A DNA stretch of 64,000 nt from Candidatus Zixiibacteriota bacterium (GTDB lineage: Bacteria > Chloroflexota > Limnocylindria > QHBO01): assembly GCA_035687145.1 (NCBI GenBank), contig DASRYM010000044.1:31821-95820 (forward strand), given 5' to 3'. The translations under genes were made by a program, and so were the position numbers. This document shows, in pieces, positions 58,736 to 64,000 of the stretch. The notes under the pieces are model-generated. The model worked only from the letters and a program-made list of their open reading frames with translations. It did not search any database and was not told where the DNA came from. Position 1 is the stretch's first letter. The number at the start of each line of letters is the position of its first letter.

Positions 58736-58984
58736 GGCGCTCCTCCGTGTGCGAGCCGTGCTCGGCGAATGCGATCCGAAGGCAGGAGCGCGATGGTACC
58801 GCGCTGCTCGGTGGGTGGCGAGGCCCGTGCTGCCCGGAAGAGGTGGCACCAGCCGGCAACGCCAACGGCGTGACCAATCGGTACTGCGTCTGGACAGTAC
58901 TGCCGTCCCGGTCCACAATCGGCCTACTTGCCCGTGCCGCCCGGAGTTACCCAGCGGACGCGCCGATGAAGGGGGTGCCCTCGA

Positions 58985-61195
58985 ATGCCTCATCGCGCCA
59001 ACCCGTACCGTGCCGTTGCGATTGCGGTGATGTTCCTGGTGGCGATGCCCCGCGCCACCCTGGCCGTCCCGAACGCGGCCGCTCCGTCCACGCCGGTCCA
59101 TGGCGCGGACGTGCCCGAGCCCGAGCTCGAGCGCTTCATCGAACCCGATGAGATCGGCCTCGAGCAACCGGTGGGTATCGCGTGGAACGCCAGGGCCGGG
59201 CAACTCATCGTCCTTGACGGGAGCACGCCCGGCCGCGGCCAGGCGATGTCCCTGGCCGCCAGGCTCGCAGGACCGGTAGCGGTCGGGGGCGCCATCCCTG
59301 GCGCCATCGTCACGTACGACGCCGGCAGCGATCAGCTGGTGGCCGTCGATCCCATCGGCTCTCGCGCGACCGTCACGGGCCGCGGCGCCGCCATCTCCCG
59401 GGCGCTGGCGCTGGCCGAGCCGAAGCCAAAGGCGATCACCGGCGGGGCCGTGGTAGACGGAGCGCTCTGGCTGCTCGACGGAGCCGCGCGCGCCATGATC
59501 CGGGTGCCGGCCGCGGCAGGGAAATTCGACGGCAGCGCCGCAGTGCGAATCGCCCTTCCGAGCGGCACGGGTAACCTGGTGGGCCTGGCGCACGACGCCG
59601 CCTCCGGCAACTTCTTCACCTACGAGACCGCCACGTCCACGCTCCTGGAGGTCGACGCCTCGGGCGAGGCGATTGCCAGTCGCAGCCTTGCCGGGATGGG
59701 CCTCGACAACGTCCAGGGCCTTGCGGTGGCTCCCAGCGCGGACACGACCGACGACCCGGATGAGACTGCCGTCTACCTGGCCGACGCGGGCTTCCGAGAG
59801 GGAGCAGCGGTCACCGGCGCCGGCGTCTACGAGGTGTCACTGACGACCACGGCGGTGCTCGCGGCGACCGCATCGGTGTCACTGGTCAACACCATCAACA
59901 CCGGCAGCGGGAGCACCGGCTGGGAACCGGACAGTCCGGACCCATCCGGGCTGGCGTACATCCCCGGGGCCGATCGGCTGGTCCTCGCCGACGGCGAGGT
60001 GGATGAGGGAACTGGCGCAGGCTTCCACGACGTGAACGTGTGGTGGGCGACCCGCGCCGGCGTTACGACGGGCCCGACCATGAACTCCGTGGAGGCTTCC
60101 GACCCGACGAACAAGGAGCCTGTCGGCGTCGCCTACGATCCGGTCGCGGACGAGCTCTACCTCTGCAGGGACGGAGGCGAGAGCAGGGTGTGGGTGTTCG
60201 ACGCCACCACCCTCGCGCAGAAGCGCAGCTTCAGGGTTGACGTTGCGCCGTACACCGACGCGGACGCCGAGGGGCTTGCCTTCGGCGGCGGCTTCCTGTA
60301 CATGGTTGATGCCGTTGACAACGACCTGGTCAAGGTCGGCCCCGGCGACGATCAGGTGGTCGGTACACCGGACGACAGCGTCACCAACTTCGACCTCGAG
60401 CAGTACGGGCAGAAGGAGCCCGAGGGGCTCGACGTCCACCCGGAGACCGGAAACATCTGGGTGGTGAGCAACCGCGTGCGCTCAAGTGGGCCCGACCCAA
60501 TGCTCGAGATCACGCCCAATGGTGAGCTGGTGTCCAGCGTCTCGATCGAGGCCGCGAACCCGAACTCCGCCGGCGGCCTCGCCGTGGCACCCGCGTCCGA
60601 TGGCAGTGGGGCCATCAACGTCTACGTGGCGGACCGCGGCGTCGACAACGCGGATGACCCGAGCGAGAACGACGGGAAGATCTACGAGTTCTCCCTGGCC
60701 GATGGCGGCGCGGAGCCCCCGCCGCCACCGCCGCCGCCGGGCGAAAACCTCCTGTTCAATCCGGGGTTCGAGCTCGACGACGACGCCAACGGTCCTGACG
60801 GCTGGACCACCCATGCCAGCTTCACGCGCAGCTCGGCCATCACGCCGCACGAGGGCAACTTCGTGGGAAGCCACAGCTCCACCGCAGGCGTGGGCTACAC
60901 GGTCTACCAGGTCGTAGAGGTGACTGCCGGGACGATCTACGCCTTCAGCGGCTGGATCAACATCCCAGACACTACGGACAGGTTCACGTTCAAGCTCAAG
61001 GTGCAGTGGCGCAACCCACAGAAGATCAGCGTCACGACCTTCGAGACCATCAAGGTCGATACGGACGGAACCTGGGTCCAGCTGAGCGAGAACCTGGTGG
61101 CCCCGGCCGGGGCCACCAGCGTCCGGCTCATGATGACCGTGAACAACCTCAACACGTCGATCTATGTCGACGAGTTCAGCTTCGCGGCCCAGTGA
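58985..61195 (+). CDS. secreted repeat (beta-propeller-like) protein with poly-Pro linker and C-terminal carbohydrate-binding-module-like domain
   Basis: A signal peptide is followed by two related ~250-aa segments (P.G.A..P....L.V.D). Then comes PPPPPPPP and NLLFNPGFE...W...(CBM4/9-like jelly roll). The function is not inferable. Confidence 0.65.
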   Translation: MPHRANPYRAVAIAVMFLVAMPRATLAVPNAAAPSTPVHGADVPEPELERFIEPDEIGLEQPVGIAWNARAGQLIVLDGSTPGRGQAMSLAARLAGPVAVGGAIPGAIVTYDAGSDQLVAVDPIGSRATVTGRGAAISRALALAEPKPKAITGGAVVDGALWLLDGAARAMIRVPAAAGKFDGSAAVRIALPSGTGNLVGLAHDAASGNFFTYETATSTLLEVDASGEAIASRSLAGMGLDNVQGLAVAPSADTTDDPDETAVYLADAGFREGAAVTGAGVYEVSLTTTAVLAATASVSLVNTINTGSGSTGWEPDSPDPSGLAYIPGADRLVLADGEVDEGTGAGFHDVNVWWATRAGVTTGPTMNSVEASDPTNKEPVGVAYDPVADELYLCRDGGESRVWVFDATTLAQKRSFRVDVAPYTDADAEGLAFGGGFLYMVDAVDNDLVKVGPGDDQVVGTPDDSVTNFDLEQYGQKEPEGLDVHPETGNIWVVSNRVRSSGPDPMLEITPNGELVSSVSIEAANPNSAGGLAVAPASDGSGAINVYVADRGVDNADDPSENDGKIYEFSLADGGAEPPPPPPPPGENLLFNPGFELDDDANGPDGWTTHASFTRSSAITPHEGNFVGSHSSTAGVGYTVYQVVEVTAGTIYAFSGWINIPDTTDRFTFKLKVQWRNPQKISVTTFETIKVDTDGTWVQLSENLVAPAGATSVRLMMTVNNLNTSIYVDEFSFAAQ

Positions 61196-61225
61196 TCTGA
61201 CGGCCTGCCAAAGGGAGGCGGGCTT

Positions 61226-61469
61226 CCGCGGCGCGCGTGCCGGTCTCGAAGGTGTCCTTGGCGAACGTCCCGCCGAAGGGCAGCTCCATGTGGGTGTGGA
61301 CGTCGATCGCGCCCGGGATGACCCACTTGCCCGATGCGTCGATCGTCCGATCCGCCTCGACCTCGAGCGACTCACCGATGAGCGCGATGCGCTCCCCGTC
61401 GACGAGGACATCGGCCGTCGTCGAGGCATCGGCGTTGACGATCGTTCCGCCCTTGATCAGCGTGCGCAT
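61226..61469 (-). pseudogene. 5' fragment (about 81 codons) of a second dihydropyrimidinase gene
   Basis: MRTLIKGGTIVNAD...GAIDVHTHMELPFGGTFAKDTFETGTRAA matches residues 1-81 of 57356-58735. Homology stops abruptly at about 61226, 31 nt from the stop of the secreted-protein gene. Confidence 0.75.
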
Positions 61470-61549
61470 CGGTCGAGCTTCCTCCGTCGTTCGATCATCG
61501 CAGGCCCGCATGCTAGCGCCGCCGGCGGGCTGACGGATAGCATCGGGGC

Positions 61550-62075
61550 ATGGCAGACGAGCGCCTCCATTTCACCGGCAACGACGACGCCGATCGCCTG
61601 CTGGTCGCCGATCCGATGGCGCTCCTCATCGGCCACGCGCTCGACCAGCAGGTGCCCGTGTAGAAGGCCTTCTCGGGCCCGTACGTGCTGCTCCAGCGGC
61701 TCGGGTCGATCGACGCGCGGTCGCTCGCGTCCGTCGACGCCGCGAGGCTCGAAGCGGCCGCCAAGGGTCCGCCCGCCATCCACCGCTTCCCCGCCGCCAT
61801 GGGCCGCCGCGTCAGGGAGGTCGCGGATCTGGACCGAGGCCCGCGACGCCGACGACCTCAAGCGCCGGCTCGGCGAGCTGCCGGGCTTCGGACCGATGAA
61901 GGTCGTTTCGCTCTACGCCGTGCTCGTCCGTCGCCTCGGCGTGCGAGTGGCTGACGCCGAGGAGGGCCTGCCGTCGCATCCGACCCTCGGCGACGTCGAC
62001 TCGCCGGAGGCCCTGGCCGCGTATCAGGCCAACAAGCGCGCCGCCAAGGCCGCCGCCCGAGGTCGTGCCGGCTGA
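61550..62075 (+). pseudogene. HhH-GPD-type base-excision repair protein gene with in-frame TAG and a frameshifting deletion
   Basis: MADERLHFTGNDDADRLL...LDQQVPV is followed by TAG (61661-61663), then KAFSGPY.. in the same frame. The C-terminal IWTEARDADDLKRRLGELPGFGPMK... is in another frame, with about 12 codons missing near 61820-61835. Confidence 0.7.
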
Positions 62076-62081
62076 CCCTCT

Positions 62082-62260
62082 ACCGATAGATCGGTATGGC
62101 GCGCGCGCGGCGCCGCTCCCGCGCGCGGGATGACCGATAGATCGGTATGCGCAGCGCACGAAGGACGCGTTTGGCGGGTCTTGGGCGGCTACAGAACCGA
62201 TCTATCGGTGAAACGCCGCGCAAAGCGGGCCTCGTGCGTCCGGCGCACCGATACATCGGT
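62082..62260. repeat. array of four 14-bp palindromes ACCGAT-NN-ATCGGT (REP-like)
   Basis: The copies are ACCGATAGATCGGT (62082-62095 and 62133-62146), ACCGATCTATCGGT (62196-62209) and ACCGATACATCGGT (62247-62260). Spacings are 51, 63 and 51 nt. A 9-bp GC hairpin lies between copies 1 and 2. The array sits between convergent 3' ends. Confidence 0.8.
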
Positions 62261-62273
62261 ATGGGCCGGCTGC

Positions 62274-62690
62274 TTACCCCTCGTGCATCCAGGGGGTGTA
62301 GGTGACGCCGACGAGCAGGCCCTCGGGGGACTGGAGGCGGGCCGTCGTCTGGCCCCACGGCTCCTCGTGGGCGTCCCTGAGGAGCCGATGGCCCTTGGCC
62401 CGCAGCTCCTCGACGGCGCCGGCCACCGCCTCGGGTGACTCGACGTCGAGCTCGAGCCAGGCCTGCGGGATGGGCAGGTCCGCCGGCCACTCGGAGGTGC
62501 CGAACGTCGACTCCGCCGCCTGGGACAGCGGCCACATCGCGAACGCCCGGACGCCGTCGAGCGCGTCGTTGGTGAAGTAGCCCGGCGCGGCCTCCTCGAA
62601 CTCGATGCCGATCCCGTCGCGCCAGAACGCCTGGGAGCCCTCGGGATCGCGGACGATCGGGCCGAACCCGGCGACGAAGCTGATCCTCAT
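62274..62690 (-). CDS. VOC-family (glyoxalase/bleomycin-resistance fold) protein
   Basis: The 138-aa size and the pattern of a paired beta-alpha-beta-beta-beta module fit the family. This is a recollection-based assignment. Confidence 0.75.
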   Translation of the reverse strand: MRISFVAGFGPIVRDPEGSQAFWRDGIGIEFEEAAPGYFTNDALDGVRAFAMWPLSQAAESTFGTSEWPADLPIPQAWLELDVESPEAVAGAVEELRAKGHRLLRDAHEEPWGQTTARLQSPEGLLVGVTYTPWMHEG

Positions 62691-62748
62691 GGCGTCAGGC
62701 TACGCCTCGCCGAGCGCTGGCGTGGCGGCCGAGTGCTAGAGTTCGCCG

Positions 62749-63372
62749 ATGGGCGATCGATTGCTCGGCGCGGTCCGCATCGGCTTCGGTCTGCTCATCC
62801 TCGCCGCCATCGCCTTCATGATCAGCGTCCTCCTCGGCGAGGGGGTGTTCAACCCGCTGAACTTCTTCACGTTCTTCACGATCCTGTCGAACCTGTTCGC
62901 CGCGGCCGTCCTGCTCGAGGGTGGCCGGCGACAGCTGAGCGGCCAGGCACCGATCCCCGACCTGTGGCGCGGCGCCGCGGTCGTGTACATGACCGTCACG
63001 TACATCGTCTTCGCCGTGCTGCTGCGCGACGCGCAGGAGGATCTCCAGACCCACGTCCCGTGGGTCGACTCGGTCCTCCACCGCGTGGCGCCGATCGTCC
63101 TCATGCTCGACTGGGTCATCGAGCCGCCACATGCGCCGATCACGTTCCGGCGCGCGCTCGCCTGGCTCGGCTTCCCGGTCGTGTGGACAGCCCTCACCAT
63201 GGTCCGCGGCGCGATCGACGGGCGCTACCCGTACCCGTTCCTCGATCCGGACAACGGCGGCTACGGCATCGTCGCCATCTACGTCGTGGCGATCCTCGTC
63301 CTGTTCCTGGCGATCTCCTGGGTGGTGGCCAGCGCCGGCACCGCCCTCCGCGAGCGACGCCGGGACGCCTGA
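62749..63372 (+). CDS. Pr6Pr-family (FAR-17a/AIG1-like) membrane protein
   Basis: There are six hydrophobic segments, with the motifs FFTFFTILSN and HRVAPIVLMLDW. Confidence 0.7.
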   Translation: MGDRLLGAVRIGFGLLILAAIAFMISVLLGEGVFNPLNFFTFFTILSNLFAAAVLLEGGRRQLSGQAPIPDLWRGAAVVYMTVTYIVFAVLLRDAQEDLQTHVPWVDSVLHRVAPIVLMLDWVIEPPHAPITFRRALAWLGFPVVWTALTMVRGAIDGRYPYPFLDPDNGGYGIVAIYVVAILVLFLAISWVVASAGTALRERRRDA

Positions 63373-63396
63373 CGCGATCCCCGACGACCCCGGTGG

Positions 63397-64000
63397 TCAG
63401 CCGGCGGCGGCCGCTGCCTGCGGGATGATCTCGCGCCCGTAGGCGTCGAGGCAGTCCTCCTCCTCGCCGTTCATGAGGTAGATGTTGAACTGCGTCACGC
63501 CGGCGGCCCGCAGCTCCTCCAGCCGCTCACGCTGCACCGACGGCGGCCCCACGATGCAGAAGCGCTCGGTGATCTCGTCGCTCACGAAGCGGGCATTGTC
63601 CGAGCCGACCTCGGCGTGGTGGCGGTAGTCGTAGCCGTCGCGGGTCTCGACGTACTTCCACAGCGCCTCGGGCAGGTCGTCCTTCGGGTAGCGGTTGATC
63701 AGGTCCACCACGTGGTTGCTGACCAGGGCCGGGAACCAGCGCACCCGATCGCGGGCGGTGGCCAGGTCATCGCTGACCCATACCGGGGCGGCGGCCATGA
63801 CCTGGATGGCATCGGGGTCGCGGCCCGCCTCCTGGGCGGCGCGCCGGACAAAGCCCAGGCACCAGCGGATGATGTCTGGGTCGGCGAGCTGCAGGATCAC
63901 GCCGTCGGCGACGCGCCCCGCGGCCGCCAGCGCCATCGGTCCATAGGCCGCGATCCACACCGGGACCGGACCGTGCGAGGCCCAGGTGAGCTGCACCTCG
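63397..64000 (-). CDS. LLM-class F420-dependent oxidoreductase, N-terminus outside the window
   Basis: The frame is open to the window edge. The C-terminal LLM blocks include VWIAAYGPMAL and ERFCIVGPP. Confidence 0.85.
   Translation of the reverse strand, partial: EVQLTWASHGPVPVWIAAYGPMALAAAGRVADGVILQLADPDIIRWCLGFVRRAAQEAGRDPDAIQVMAAAPVWVSDDLATARDRVRWFPALVSNHVVDLINRYPKDDLPEALWKYVETRDGYDYRHHAEVGSDNARFVSDEITERFCIVGPPSVQRERLEELRAAGVTQFNIYLMNGEEEDCLDAYGREIIPQAAAAAG

Noticed and set aside
58492-61469. Template/variable repeat pair of a diversity-generating retroelement.
   Set aside because: Differences between the two copies are not restricted to adenine positions. No reverse transcriptase is nearby. 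One copy is simply a truncated gene start.
61176-61511. The 111-aa ORF as an intact small gene.
   Set aside because: It is the first 81 codons of a dihydropyrimidinase followed by 16 unrelated codons. It lacks most of the amidohydrolase fold.

Overview
This is a very GC-rich, gene-dense chromosomal segment; third codon positions are almost all G/C. The gene content looks actinobacterial: an fhaA-fhaB-rodA-pbpA operon, tilS and ftsH, a DUF4446 gene, and several F420-type LLM/PPOX enzymes. The exact taxon cannot be determined from the window alone. I can support about 50 protein genes, one tRNA(CAU), one IS481-family insertion, two pseudogenes and two repeat loci. Most of the window is housekeeping: valS, cell-wall/division genes, a MoxR-DUF58-transglutaminase operon, rarA, a UvrD-type helicase-nuclease, murI, ychF, an MrfA/MrfB-like repair pair, tilS and ftsH. 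Three parts look accessory or decaying: (i) the IS481 insertion at 43.15-44.19 kb, (ii) an intergenic region at 45.56-46.14 kb built almost entirely of nested repeats, and (iii) 58.5-62.3 kb, which holds a partial gene duplication, two pseudogenes and an array of palindromes. I found no rRNA, CRISPR array, prophage or recognisable defence island. The best candidates for undescribed biology are: two orphan receiver-MinD/ParA (TadZ/CpaE-like) ATPases with reciprocal motif degeneracy, one of them in a zinc-ribbon-rich neighbourhood next to the wall-synthesis operon; the 40-nt/270-nt repeat array between divergent F420-type genes; a membrane-tethered SARP regulator; a PfkB-kinase/PPP-phosphatase fusion; an SOS-box-controlled MrfAB-like operon; and a tRNA(CAU) directly upstream of tilS. 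Long ORFs antisense to the called genes are treated as GC artefacts. Internal start codons were chosen by eye, in frame with the supplied ORF track, and may be off by a few codons. All family assignments rest on motif recognition, not on database searches.
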